Shown one piece after another: positions 1 to 9,400 of a DNA stretch of 32,330 nucleotides. The position numbers were made by a program, and so were the translations under genes. Numbering within the stretch: position 1 is the stretch's first letter; the number at the start of each line of letters is the position of its first letter. The notes beneath the pieces are model-generated. The model worked only from the letters and a program-made list of their open reading frames with translations, searched no databases and was not told the origin of the DNA. This stretch comes from a virus (lineage: Duplodnaviria > Caudoviricetes), in the IMG/VR virus record IMGVR_UViG_3300036886_000049, positions 1 to 32,330 of that record; one strand, written 5' to 3'.

Positions 1-49
1 TGGGTTCCTCGGCCTGGGGAGTATCGGCCGGCTGGTCTTTCTTACTCAC
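1..49 (-). CDS. 5' part of a gene running off the window edge (MSKKDQPADTPQAEEP...)
   Basis: ACGGAGG RBS then GTG at 49; open to the window end; follows the stop of 63..572. Confidence 0.5.
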   Translation of the reverse strand, partial: MSKKDQPADTPQAEEP

Positions 50-62
50 ATGATCCTCCGTT

Positions 63-572
63 TCACCACACCTTCAACAGGTGTCCTGCTTCGTAGACTG
101 CGACGGCTCCAAGGCCGACGCCGAACGTGATGCCTGCTATTTTCCAGACGGCGAGATGGGTCTCAAGGGCCTTCGCGTCAGCCTGGGCTCGGATGGTAGA
201 TGCGGTAGAGTCGGACAAATCCTTCGCCAAGAGCGCGGATTTGTTTTCCGATGTCAACTCCGCTTCCTGCGAGGCTTTCAGCGATGCCCTCAAGGCCGCG
301 TTTTCCAGCGTCAATGAGCCGTTGCTGGTCAGTAAGTTGAGATTGCTGCTGCTCAACGAGGAGTTGTTCTCGGTCAGCCCTTCGACTTGCTTCTGCATCG
401 TTGAGACGAACAAGTCGTAGCTGTTGGGCAAGGTCTGCGCGATCGGCAACAGCGCCTGCCAGAGAGGCTCGGAGATTGGTGAGATCGGCGTCGAGCTTTG
501 CCCCTGCGCCATGAGAGATCCAAAGCACAACAGCACCGCACAGAACAGCACCGAGGGCAAACGCAATCGCAT
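63..572 (-). CDS. Secreted/membrane coiled-coil protein, spanin-like partner (lysis cassette)
   Basis: N-terminal hydrophobic signal (LPSVLFCAVLLCFGSLMAQ), Ser/Leu-rich coiled coil, C-terminal TM (IAGITFGVGLGAVAV); overlaps 178..591 in another frame. Confidence 0.6.
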   Translation of the reverse strand: MRLRLPSVLFCAVLLCFGSLMAQGQSSTPISPISEPLWQALLPIAQTLPNSYDLFVSTMQKQVEGLTENNSSLSSSNLNLLTSNGSLTLENAALRASLKASQEAELTSENKSALLAKDLSDSTASTIRAQADAKALETHLAVWKIAGITFGVGLGAVAVYEAGHLLKVW

Positions 573-591
573 GGCTCACCCAGCCTTTCAC
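178..591 (-). CDS. Putative i-spanin-like protein (N-terminal TM + coiled coil)
   Basis: TM HAIAFALGAVLCGAVVLWI then a long helical region; GTGA overlap with the holin stop; downstream of holin/endolysin. Confidence 0.6.
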   Translation of the reverse strand: MKGWVSHAIAFALGAVLCGAVVLWISHGAGAKLDADLTNLRASLAGAVADRADLAQQLRLVRLNDAEASRRADREQLLVEQQQSQLTDQQRLIDAGKRGLEGIAESLAGSGVDIGKQIRALGEGFVRLYRIYHPSPG

Positions 592-791
592 GGCTGCTTC
601 GGGAGAAGGGGGTTCTGGATCGCGCTGTCAGTGAACCAGATGCGGAGGATCCCGTTGCCGAGGGCCACGAAGATCGTCAGCCCAACAACCCAGCCCTGAC
701 TCTTCACCACACCGAGCACCGCGGCCAGCACGCCCACAATGAGCGTGATGATGTTGAACCAGAGGGTCTTGCTTAAATACCAAGGTTTCAT
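588..791 (-). CDS. Putative holin (2 TM)
   Basis: MKPWYLSKTLWFN start typical of small phage holin-like proteins; two hydrophobic segments; GGAGG RBS before ATG 791. Confidence 0.65.
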   Translation of the reverse strand: MKPWYLSKTLWFNIITLIVGVLAAVLGVVKSQGWVVGLTIFVALGNGILRIWFTDSAIQNPLLPKQP

Positions 792-792
792 A

Positions 793-1332
793 TCACGCCT
801 CCATTTCAAGTATGCCGTCGATCAGGTCACCGGGCTTCACGCCCTGCGCGATGAGCGCGGCGTTGAACTGGCGAAGCTCGAGATCGGGTTGCACAAAACA
901 TCCCGCCGACCACGCCACGCGCGTGTCCTGGCCAGCGGGCTTTCCGCTGGACTTCGGGAACTCCCAATCGTGGTTGAGCCATCGGCTCTTGTTCGTCGCC
1001 GTGCAGGAGTCGTCACCGATCACGTCCCCGCGCAGTGTTACGGCGTTGCAGATGCCGTTCGGCTGGCACTGAAAGTCACGGGGATCCACGCGGAACCGCA
1101 GCTTGAAAGGCCCCGGGGCGATCGTGTCGTAGATATGGACTCCGGGGTCCAGCCCCTCGAGGTTGGCGACGGTCTGGACATGGCCCCAGAAGAGGGGTGT
1201 TTCGTCAAGCATGAGGGACAGGAGATCGAGGGAGTTGTTGCCGTCATTGTTGTCCCATGCGGCCGGAGCGTCTGGTCTTCTCTTCGGCTGGAGAGACAGG
1301 CGGGACCGAGTGACTTTGATGAGGAGGCTCAT
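793..1332 (-). CDS. Putative endolysin-like enzyme, L,D-transpeptidase (YkuD/DUF5675)-like
   Basis: DTIAPGPF...WLNH...WSAGCF His/Cys pattern; sits between membrane genes and holin; start re-called at ATG 1332 (MSLLIKV, ATGA overlap). Confidence 0.5.
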   Translation of the reverse strand: MSLLIKVTRSRLSLQPKRRPDAPAAWDNNDGNNSLDLLSLMLDETPLFWGHVQTVANLEGLDPGVHIYDTIAPGPFKLRFRVDPRDFQCQPNGICNAVTLRGDVIGDDSCTATNKSRWLNHDWEFPKSSGKPAGQDTRVAWSAGCFVQPDLELRQFNAALIAQGVKPGDLIDGILEMEA

Positions 1333-1649
1333 CTTCGTTCCTTCTGGCTGATGGCGGCGTTGGTAAGAAACACAGACACCCTGTTCTTGAAGTTGGAAAC
1401 CTTCTCCTTGGCCTCGTGGAGATTCCCATTGCACTCCTTCCCCTCGATGCACTCCAGCTCGACGATGTTCACGTCGAACAGGATGAGGAGCGCCTCCAGC
1501 ATGAGGGGACTCATGCTCTCGATACGTTCAATCCTCTTTGGAAGGTGCCCGATCTTCCCCGTGAACATCACGATGAACACGATGAGGAGAGTCAGGGCAC
1601 CCCCAAGTCCAGCTCCTATGACTTCCCAGACGAGATCTGAGACCTGCAT
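1329..1649 (-). CDS. Membrane protein with N-terminal TM (holin/antiholin-like)
   Basis: TM VIGAGLGGALTLLIVFIVMF; CNGNLHEA coiled region; first gene of the lysis cluster. Confidence 0.6.
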   Translation of the reverse strand: MQVSDLVWEVIGAGLGGALTLLIVFIVMFTGKIGHLPKRIERIESMSPLMLEALLILFDVNIVELECIEGKECNGNLHEAKEKVSNFKNRVSVFLTNAAISQKERR

Positions 1650-1653
1650 CGGC

Positions 1654-1833
1654 CTACTTCTTGTGCATCTTCTTCAGGGTCTCGGCGAGACGGGCTTCCT
1701 TGCCCACCTTGCCTCCCTTCTTGGCAGCCGCGGCGAGTTTCTTCGCCGGGATCTTCTCACCCTGGGGAACCCCGAGCGCCCGGTGGAGGGCGCCCTTGTT
1801 CTTCGTCGCTCCCGCGATCCAGTTTTTCGCCAT
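1654..1833 (-). CDS. Small basic phage protein (MAKNWIAGATKNKGALHRALGV...)
   Basis: 59 aa, Lys/Ala-rich; GGAGG RBS; WI..A.K..GAL...LGV..G.KIP..KL..AAK.GGK.G..ARLA.TLKK pattern recalled from other phages. Confidence 0.75.
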   Translation of the reverse strand: MAKNWIAGATKNKGALHRALGVPQGEKIPAKKLAAAAKKGGKVGKEARLAETLKKMHKK

Positions 1834-1850
1834 GACCATCCTCCCTTTCG

Positions 1851-3095
1851 TCAGATGTCCGCGTCCGCGGTCCAGTGGATGGAGCAGAGGTCTCCCACCG
1901 CTCCGTTGGTCGTGGCCTCCGCGGTAACGGTGATCGAGGATCCGTACTCCGTGGTGGCGCTGGTGTTGGCCGCGGCCACTCCCTGCACGGCAGGAGTCGT
2001 TCCTGTGTGACGGTAGGCAGTGGCGCCCGCCCCGACAGGGGTGAAGAGGGTGAGCGTGGGGACTGCCCTCTTCCTCGCCACGAACTGGATGGGGACCTGG
2101 ACGGCCGCTGCCGTTCCCGAACCCGTCCTGTTGAGGATGGCCTGCGCCCCGTACCCGCCGTTGGCCACCGTGACCGACGCCGCGGGGGCGATCAGGAGCG
2201 GGAAGCTCTTCTCGTAGAAGCGCTGGCACGCGATGAGCTCATCCCCGAAGGAGCGCGGGTAGTAGTCGCGGACTTCCGAACCCACGTACAGCCCGCATTC
2301 GGTGATCTGGATGATGTCGTTGATCGCGGGGATCGAGTTCGTCCAGATGGTGGGGACAAGGTTTTTGATGTTGGTTCCCGGGGGGACCACGAAGGTCGCC
2401 GAGAACCTCTGCATGACCGCCGAGAGCACGCAGTCCACTCCGCCGCTGCCCCGGGTGTTGTTGATGACGCCCGTCGATTCGGTGAGGACGGGGTTCAGGG
2501 CCAGCATGTTCGTTCCCCAGGTGGGGTCAACGTTCACGAGGCCGAACGCCGACGCGATGGTGGCCGGCGGGGTGTCCGTGGTTCCCGAGGCGTTGAGGTA
2601 AAGCATCCCCAGGCGAAGGGTGGCGGGGTTGGTGAGGTACCTGGCCTTGAACTGGAAGCGCACGAGCAGCCCGGCGAGCTCCGTTGAGTCAGTTCCGTCC
2701 AGCCACTGCATGAGGACGAACTTCCCCGCTCCGGTGATCTGCTTGAAGTTCCCCATGAAGCGGGCTTTCACTCCCGCCACGGGAGCTCCGCTGTTGTCCA
2801 CGTTCTGGAACTGGAGGGAGGCCACCGAGTTGACCATGGCCCACCTGTCGGCGGCGTACACGCGCGCCGTGGTGGAGCTGTACGGGGTCAGCGTGGTGGG
2901 GACCTGCCGCTGGGCGATGGCGAACTCGGGGTTCATCAGGAAGTTCCTGTCCCTGATGCCCGATGGAGACAGCATGTCGATGCTGCCGTCCGACTGCATA
3001 GCCTTCAGGTTGCCATCGGCGGGGTCCTGGTAGATCGAAACCTTTCCCACCGGGGGAACGGAAGGGACCTCCTGAGAGAGAATGAGCTGACCCAT
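1851..3095 (-). CDS. Tail fibre / receptor-binding-like structural protein
   Basis: RNFLMNPEFAIAQR..ADRW..ELIACQRFYEKS..HWTADADI motifs typical of phage fibre/carbohydrate-binding proteins. Confidence 0.7.
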   Translation of the reverse strand: MGQLILSQEVPSVPPVGKVSIYQDPADGNLKAMQSDGSIDMLSPSGIRDRNFLMNPEFAIAQRQVPTTLTPYSSTTARVYAADRWAMVNSVASLQFQNVDNSGAPVAGVKARFMGNFKQITGAGKFVLMQWLDGTDSTELAGLLVRFQFKARYLTNPATLRLGMLYLNASGTTDTPPATIASAFGLVNVDPTWGTNMLALNPVLTESTGVINNTRGSGGVDCVLSAVMQRFSATFVVPPGTNIKNLVPTIWTNSIPAINDIIQITECGLYVGSEVRDYYPRSFGDELIACQRFYEKSFPLLIAPAASVTVANGGYGAQAILNRTGSGTAAAVQVPIQFVARKRAVPTLTLFTPVGAGATAYRHTGTTPAVQGVAAANTSATTEYGSSITVTAEATTNGAVGDLCSIHWTADADI

Positions 3096-3096
3096 G

Positions 3097-3279
3097 TTAT
3101 GTTACCTCCACGATTGATCCGAGACCCGCGTCTATGGAGGCCCCGGTTGAGAGTTCAAGACTCCGAGAGAAGATCATGAACTGGCTTGGCAACAGCACGA
3201 TGCTGTAGTTGATGAAGTTGGACATCGCCACGTATTCGGTGGCCGCTTTCCCCGCTATGTTCTTGCCGAGTTCACCCAT
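3097..3279 (-). CDS. Hypothetical small protein
   Basis: 60 aa, AAGGAG RBS, packed between neighbours. Confidence 0.6.
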   Translation of the reverse strand: MGELGKNIAGKAATEYVAMSNFINYSIVLLPSQFMIFSRSLELSTGASIDAGLGSIVEVT

Positions 3280-3291
3280 GACCCTCTCCTT

Positions 3292-4083
3292 CTACACGTA
3301 ATGGATCGTCAGGTCAACGGTGACCTGGCCAGCGGCGACCAGCGGAACCACCTTGAGAACGATGTCTGTCCCCGCCGGGTAGTCGAGATTCAAGTGATCC
3401 ATGTCGATGTACCCTGCCGAACCTGCGGTGAGGCCAGCGATGACCGTCTGGTAAGCGGTAACCAGTCCGTTGTCGGTGCCTATGTTCCCCTGCACCTGGA
3501 TGAGGAGCTTCACGTTCTGGACGGCAGCCGAGGGGTACAGCGCCTTGAGTTTTCCCGTGCGCTTCGGAACCTCTCCCCCCTGGACCGCAGTGAGGTCCGC
3601 GGGGACCGTCCAGTAGCCCGAGTAGCCGGAGCCGTTGGCGATGAGGATCTTGCAGCAGACGCTCGCCGCGGTGAGGGTGTTCGGTACCCCTCCCGCCCAT
3701 GTGCTCGATCCCGTCTTGATGACGTAGATGTCCCCCGCCTGCACCCCGTCCGTTCCCACAAGGGAGACGGCCGCTGCGAAGACTCGGCGGAAGGTCCCGA
3801 CCGTGGTGACGGCCGTCTGCCCGTTGAGCGCTATCTCCTCGACCAGAGGACGGAGATTGGCGTCCAGCCCATAGACCTTGATCTTTCTGGCTCCCGTTCC
3901 CGCCGCCACGTCCTTCGTGTTGTCCGAGCTGGTGATGTCCAGCTTGAACCCCGCCGTCCCGAAGAAAACGGGGAGGCTCTGGTTCACCGCGAAGTCGTTG
4001 AGGTTGAGGATCGAGGTCCCCGAGTTCACGCCGAAAGCGTGAATCGTGATGTCCTTCCCGAACAGGGAGCCAGTGAGGTCCAT
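3292..4083 (-). CDS. Virion structural protein (beta-rich)
   Basis: DVAAGTGARKIKVYGLDAN..EEIALNGQTAVTT motif recalled from phage structural proteins; AAGGAG RBS. Confidence 0.7.
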   Translation of the reverse strand: MDLTGSLFGKDITIHAFGVNSGTSILNLNDFAVNQSLPVFFGTAGFKLDITSSDNTKDVAAGTGARKIKVYGLDANLRPLVEEIALNGQTAVTTVGTFRRVFAAAVSLVGTDGVQAGDIYVIKTGSSTWAGGVPNTLTAASVCCKILIANGSGYSGYWTVPADLTAVQGGEVPKRTGKLKALYPSAAVQNVKLLIQVQGNIGTDNGLVTAYQTVIAGLTAGSAGYIDMDHLNLDYPAGTDIVLKVVPLVAAGQVTVDLTIHYV

Positions 4084-4094
4084 TCGCTACTCCT

Positions 4095-4448
4095 TCAATT
4101 CCAGTCCACCGAGGGATAGACGGGAATTGCGAACGTGATCCCCGCATCCGTGGGGGGTACGACCACGGTGAAGACCTTTGAGGGATTCCCGAAGGCGTCT
4201 ATCGTCACCGTGAGTTGATAGTCTCCCGCCGTGACGGCCTGCTCGTAGTAGTAGGCGTGGCCATCAGCGCGCAGAGCGGGAAGGTAGTGATCCGCACTTC
4301 CGTTCGCGGAGACCGTGGCATTGTACTGACACCAGTTTTCCACGCGGAACATGGGGTCGAGTGCCGTGGTTGCTGCCGGGACCGCTGCCTGCTGGCATCC
4401 CGTGAGAGCGAGAAGTCCGAGAAGCAGGATGGTGGAAAGGTATTTCAT
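4095..4448 (-). CDS. Lipoprotein
   Basis: MKYLSTILLLGLLALTG-C lipobox; GGAGG RBS. Confidence 0.75.
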   Translation of the reverse strand: MKYLSTILLLGLLALTGCQQAAVPAATTALDPMFRVENWCQYNATVSANGSADHYLPALRADGHAYYYEQAVTAGDYQLTVTIDAFGNPSKVFTVVVPPTDAGITFAIPVYPSVDWN

Positions 4449-4472
4449 CTGAGTATCCTCCGTGCCACCATC

Positions 4473-4880
4473 TTACCCTGTCACCTGCGTCTGTGCAACA
4501 TAAATCGGATCATCGGGAACGTCCTGCAACTCCTGGACGGCCCATGGATCATCGGGAGACTCGTTGTTGTGCATCTCCACGGTGAGCTTCCAGCGGTAGA
4601 GGAGGCCCTGGTAGTGGTCCTTGGCGTCGGGGATGGGGTGCTCGGGTACGGCCTCCACCGGATCGTCCTTCCCCACGGAGGCGCGAGCCATCGTCGACAA
4701 CTCGGCGTTCATCGCCTGCGTGTTGCTGGAGACCTCCGCAAGATCGGCCGCGGTGTCAACGGAGAAGAGGACGGTGCCCTTCTGGTCCACGACTTGGAGC
4801 GTGGAGGGGATCGCGGCAACGGGAACGGGTTCCGATACTTCCGAGGGGTCCTCGCCGAACACGGTGACGAACTTCATCAT
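4473..4880 (-). CDS. Hypothetical acidic protein (possible fibre assembly chaperone)
   Basis: ATGA overlap with the tail-fibre stop, GGAGG RBS; function inferred from position only. Confidence 0.6.
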   Translation of the reverse strand: MMKFVTVFGEDPSEVSEPVPVAAIPSTLQVVDQKGTVLFSVDTAADLAEVSSNTQAMNAELSTMARASVGKDDPVEAVPEHPIPDAKDHYQGLLYRWKLTVEMHNNESPDDPWAVQELQDVPDDPIYVAQTQVTG

Positions 4881-6349
4881 GCCACGTACCTCCCCATCCA
4901 AAGGCTCAAGGCCGCTCCCATACTCTTCGCCTCAGTGCTCTTGCCCATGCGGGGGGTTCCGTTGGTGCCGTCGGTGGTGGGATCCCATTCACCCAGAAAT
5001 CCTAAATTGTCATTGGTTGCCGCGTTTGCAAGACCCGTTGATCCTGACGACCCGTACTTGTAGGTAGTCTTGTGCCTATGCCCCTGCCCCCAGCTCCTTC
5101 TCCTGAGCCCGATGATGTTCTTGTTCTGCGCGGAGTAGGGCGTCTCCTCGTCAAGGTCGCCAGTGGACATGAGCGTTCGGCCCTGCGCCTTGTAGACGAG
5201 TGCGGAGGTTGCGCTCCCCGATATCCGGTAGGCGTAGAAGTTGGCGTTGAAGGCGCCACCGGAGTTGTTGGCCACGGTGTAGGAGAAGGTGAGCGTCCGG
5301 GAGCCTGCGTTTAGGTTTGTGATCGCGTAGTCGCCGGCCGGAACGCTGGCACCGAGAGCGGGAACAGTGACTGGCCGCCATCCCGTGTACGTGCTGCCGT
5401 GAACGAGAAGTTCCTCGGCAAGTGCCGCCAGGATCGCGTCGTTGGCTGTGGTAGCGTTGAACGTGATGGTGACGACGTTCGATGTGATCGACCACCCCGA
5501 GCACCCGAAGGCCGTGACCTCCGTTCCCTGCCCGCGCTGGTAGGCGATGGGGATGCTGAGAAGGTGAGGTACTCCAAGAGGCCAGTGAGCCGTGGTGATC
5601 GTCTGGTCGCCGTTCTCAAGGTAGAGGCCCGCCCAATGGTTCTGAGGGTTCGCCGGATCGTACTGTGACGGGGCAACGTAGTCGTCCGTCCACACGTACT
5701 CCCCGAGGCGGTGGCGGTTCTCCATGTCGAACTGCATCTTGTCGATGGTCGATCCAGCGGGGATGAGTCCGAAGGCGATCTGGAGAGCGATCACCTGTGA
5801 CTGCGCAAGTCCCGCCTGCCACACGGCGTTGATGGGAGCACCGGCCGGAGCGGTTACCGCGGGTGCTCCCGAGGCGTCGAAGGTGAGCTGCTGGAGCGCG
5901 CGGGTAGCCACAATGGGAAGGACGTAACTGAGTCCCGGGGGATCGCTCGTGGGGAAGGTGAGGGCGTACCCCGAGGTAGGGATGTTGCCGTTGCCGATCT
6001 CCTGGATCATCTGGGTGAGCTTGTCGATCATGAACTCAAGGCGGTCGGCGACGATCCCCCCGCCGTCCACAACGCTCTCCTCGTTGACGTGAGGGGTAGA
6101 GCGGAAGATCGTGAGGTTCCCGTAGCGAACGTCCCACGTCCCCATCTTCGTGAGCGTCCCCCCGGTGGGAGAGGGCAAGGTAAAGCTGAAGTCCACCCCC
6201 TGCGTGAGCTGGAGGTTCGGCAAGCCAGTCTGCGACATGATGGCGAATATTTCGGCCTGCTGCCTGTAGCCGAAGGGGATGTTGTACGTCGAAGGCGATG
6301 CGCCCGGGGTGAAGGTGTAGAGTTGGCTCGTCTGCGTCGTGGCTATCAT
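4877..6349 (-). CDS. Tail fibre protein with T7 gp17-like N-terminal anchor
   Basis: YNIPFGY..LTQGVDFSF..LTIFRSTP..DKLTQMIQE N-terminus; C-terminal QGHRH..DGTNGTPR collar/tip motif. Confidence 0.8.
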   Translation of the reverse strand: MIATTQTSQLYTFTPGASPSTYNIPFGYRQQAEIFAIMSQTGLPNLQLTQGVDFSFTLPSPTGGTLTKMGTWDVRYGNLTIFRSTPHVNEESVVDGGGIVADRLEFMIDKLTQMIQEIGNGNIPTSGYALTFPTSDPPGLSYVLPIVATRALQQLTFDASGAPAVTAPAGAPINAVWQAGLAQSQVIALQIAFGLIPAGSTIDKMQFDMENRHRLGEYVWTDDYVAPSQYDPANPQNHWAGLYLENGDQTITTAHWPLGVPHLLSIPIAYQRGQGTEVTAFGCSGWSITSNVVTITFNATTANDAILAALAEELLVHGSTYTGWRPVTVPALGASVPAGDYAITNLNAGSRTLTFSYTVANNSGGAFNANFYAYRISGSATSALVYKAQGRTLMSTGDLDEETPYSAQNKNIIGLRRRSWGQGHRHKTTYKYGSSGSTGLANAATNDNLGFLGEWDPTTDGTNGTPRMGKSTEAKSMGAALSLWMGRYVA

Positions 6350-6367
6350 GCGCGCATCTCGCTTTCG

Positions 6368-6396
6368 ATAGTGTGCCGGGAGACGGCGGGAGTCAA
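6368..6396 (-). promoter_or_regulatory. sigma70-like promoter for the fibre/lysis genes
   Basis: TTGACT-17 nt-CACTAT in the 52-bp gap before the fibre gene. Confidence 0.55.
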
Positions 6397-6401
6397 GGGC
6401 A

Positions 6402-9400
6402 TCACTTCTCCAGCCTCTGCTCGATTCCGCGCGCCACCGAACGCGGGCTCTTGATGGAGGTCCCGAAAACGCCCAGGCCGATGTCTGTCACACCGTCAAC
6501 GAACTTCTGCATGGCGTTGGCCCGCTGCATCTCATTCAGTTTTTCGCCTTGGTGCAGTTTTGCAAGAGCGTCGAGCGTCTGACCGATGAGATCCTCCACT
6601 GATCCTCCGACGTTGCCCGTGTAGGCGCTGGGGAACTTCGTTCGCGTGATGGCTCCCGAGGCAATCGGTCCCACCACGGGAACGTAATTGAGGTTGGCGA
6701 GGGCCTCCTCTTCCCCGAGATTCGGAGCACGCTTCTCCTGTTGCACCTGATTGCCCTTGAGGCTCCCGAATAGCGCATTCCACACGGAGTCCAGGCCGTA
6801 GAAGATAACGCCCTCCGCTACCGTGTAGAACGTCATGGTCTTCACCAGCTTCGTGAGGTTGAACGTGCTCTTGTTCTGCTGGTAGTCCATGAGAGCGCGC
6901 CGCATGTTCTCGAAGGCTTTCATCGGCTCGCTCTGGAACTTCGTGAGGAGACGAGTGGGGGCGGACTTCTGGATCCCGATCTCCTGGCCGCGGGCAGAGG
7001 AAGCGTGGGTCTCTCCTATCACTTGGTCGGCGAACTTCCCCGCGGCACTCATGCGCTGCCCGGGGGTGAGGGCCGCCACGTCACCCTCACTGAGACCCGT
7101 TGCCGACCGGAAGCCGTCAGAGAGGAAGGGCTTCCCCTGCTCGGCGCGTTCGAACTCGATCATGGAGTGCTGGATTGCGGCGTGGGCGTCGATGAGGAAG
7201 GAAAGCTGAGTGCCCTTCTTGTTGAGAAACATCCCCGCCTTCTTAACCTGCGTCCGAACGGCCTTGAACGTCTGGAGTCCCCCCTCGGTGTTGAGCATCT
7301 GGCTCTGCTCCAGCGTCCCGCCCTTGCGCCGAGCTGTGCTCACGAACATCGAGACAGCCTCGGCGGCTTCCTGGGCCTTCCGAGGGTGGGTCGCAACGTA
7401 GGCGGCTCCCTTCAACCACGCATCGGCCCGGACTTCCGTGAAGGACCGGCCAGCGAGGAGGGCCTGCTTGATGGCAGACTTCACGTTGTTGGCGAGGTTG
7501 ATGCTGGTGATGACGTTGCCCAGCCCGTCCATCCCCTTCTCCCACCACTGGCTGGTGTTCCCCTGACCGGCCATGAACTTCAGGTCGTCCCTCATTCCGT
7601 TGAGCACTGGCGCTCCCTGGCGCTGCTTCACGGTCTCGCTGATCTTCGGGTCCCAAAGGATCTTCCCAGCCTCTCCCACTACGGGACCCATCTCGACAAC
7701 GTGGGCCGTGTCGGCCATGACCTCGGGGTAGACCTCGAAGAAGTTGCGAAGCCGAATCGGACCCTTGGCCCCGGTGCGCTCTATCGAGTGACTTTCATCG
7801 GGAGCCGCGCGCACCCAGCGCATGGACTTGCGGAGGGCTTCGATGTCGCTCCGGACATCGGCATCGCGGACCACGTTCTTCGGCCAGTAGTTCTGCTCCC
7901 GTGACATCGGGTAGCCGTAGCGATTCTCGAACTCCTTGGCCCGCTCGTCGCCAGCCTTCAGAAGGTCCCGCGCGGCGATCTCCTTCATCATCTTGATCTC
8001 TTTCGGGTCGAGGTGGCTGAAAAACTTCTGGTAGGTCTCGTCCGGTATCTGGATGACGCGGTTGGGGTCGATGGAGCTTGCGATGGCCGCCCCCGAAAGG
8101 AGAGACGCCTTGTTGTTCTCGGCCTGGTAGTGCATGTAGGCCGACATGATGTCTCCTCGGTCGAGAGTGAAGCCGTCTTCGGTGAACTGCTCGGTGGCAT
8201 ACTTGATGTACTTCAGCGGCTGAGTGCGCCGGTTGATCCCCATGTCTTTCGAGAGCCAGTCGTCCATGACGGGGGAAAGCAGGGCGTTGGCGTGAGGCTC
8301 GCGCCGAAGGTCGGCCTGGAGGAGGTTGCGCGAGACGATCCGGTAGTTCTCCGTGTCCTTCCCCCCGAACACGCGCTGGGCGTTGAAGTCATATCCTGCG
8401 AAGCCCGTGTTCCCCGTGCTCTTGGCGTCCCGCCAGAACTCCTTGCTCTTGCGGGCGAGGGGAGCGCGGGCGCCAGAATCTGCGCGAGCCTGCTCCTCGG
8501 CGTTGAACTTCAGCCCCTGCACCTTCTCGGTAGCTTCCTTGCGGAGGCCGTCCAATTCGATAGCTTTCCCGGTGTCCTGCACTTTGTCGCGCATTCTCTG
8601 GACCCATGCGAGGTTCTTCAGCGCGTCAGTGACATCGGAGAGATCCTCCGGAGAGAGGTCGCGGGCTTTCACGCGCGAAAGGTCTTTCAGCTTCCCGAGG
8701 TCGATGGTAGGTCCGCGGTCGGGTTCGGCAACCAGAGCGTCGTGGACCGCGGAAAGCTCGGAGAGGTAGTCCTTCGTGAGGTTGGCCTTAGAGGTCTTCC
8801 CCTTCAGGTCCAGCTTCTCCCCGAGGGCTTTCACGGCATCACCGAGGTCGCGGTTCATGTACTTGGCCCCGGCTACCACGGCCTTGATGTCGGCCAGGTC
8901 CTTATTCGTCTGAGCGCGAGTCTTGATCTGATCCCGCAAGGACTTCACTGCGGCAGTCTTTTCTGCCCGAGCGGCTTCGAGCGCGGCCTTTCCCTCGGTC
9001 TTCCCCTGGTCCACGGCGAGTTGGAGGTCCGATATTTTCTTGTTGAGGGCCTGCACGTCGGGCCGGCGCTCAATGTAGTCGGATGTGCCCTCCTCGGAGC
9101 GCGTAGCCTCGTCGAGAACGCGGCCCTGTTCTTCGCTCATGGCAGGGGTGACCGGACGGGTTGCGGGTTCGGGGTTCGTTACTCCACCGTTTCCCGTCGA
9201 AGGCCGTTCGGTCGCCTTTGCCTCCAGGGGTTCTACAATCGCGTGCGTCCCGCCCTCGGCGTCGTTGTACCAGAGGACAGCCTTTCCCTCGTCATTGGGG
9301 TCCATCCGAACAGCGTCGTGCCAGTCCTTGGTGACCCCCGGCATCTTGATGTCTTCCCCGTGGGCTTCCTTGGCCTTGTCGAGCATGGCCTTCAGTTGCT

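Noticed and set aside
1851-6349. Diversity-generating retroelement, given the BPP-1-like head genes
   Set aside because: No reverse transcriptase and no TR/VR repeat pair seen in the window
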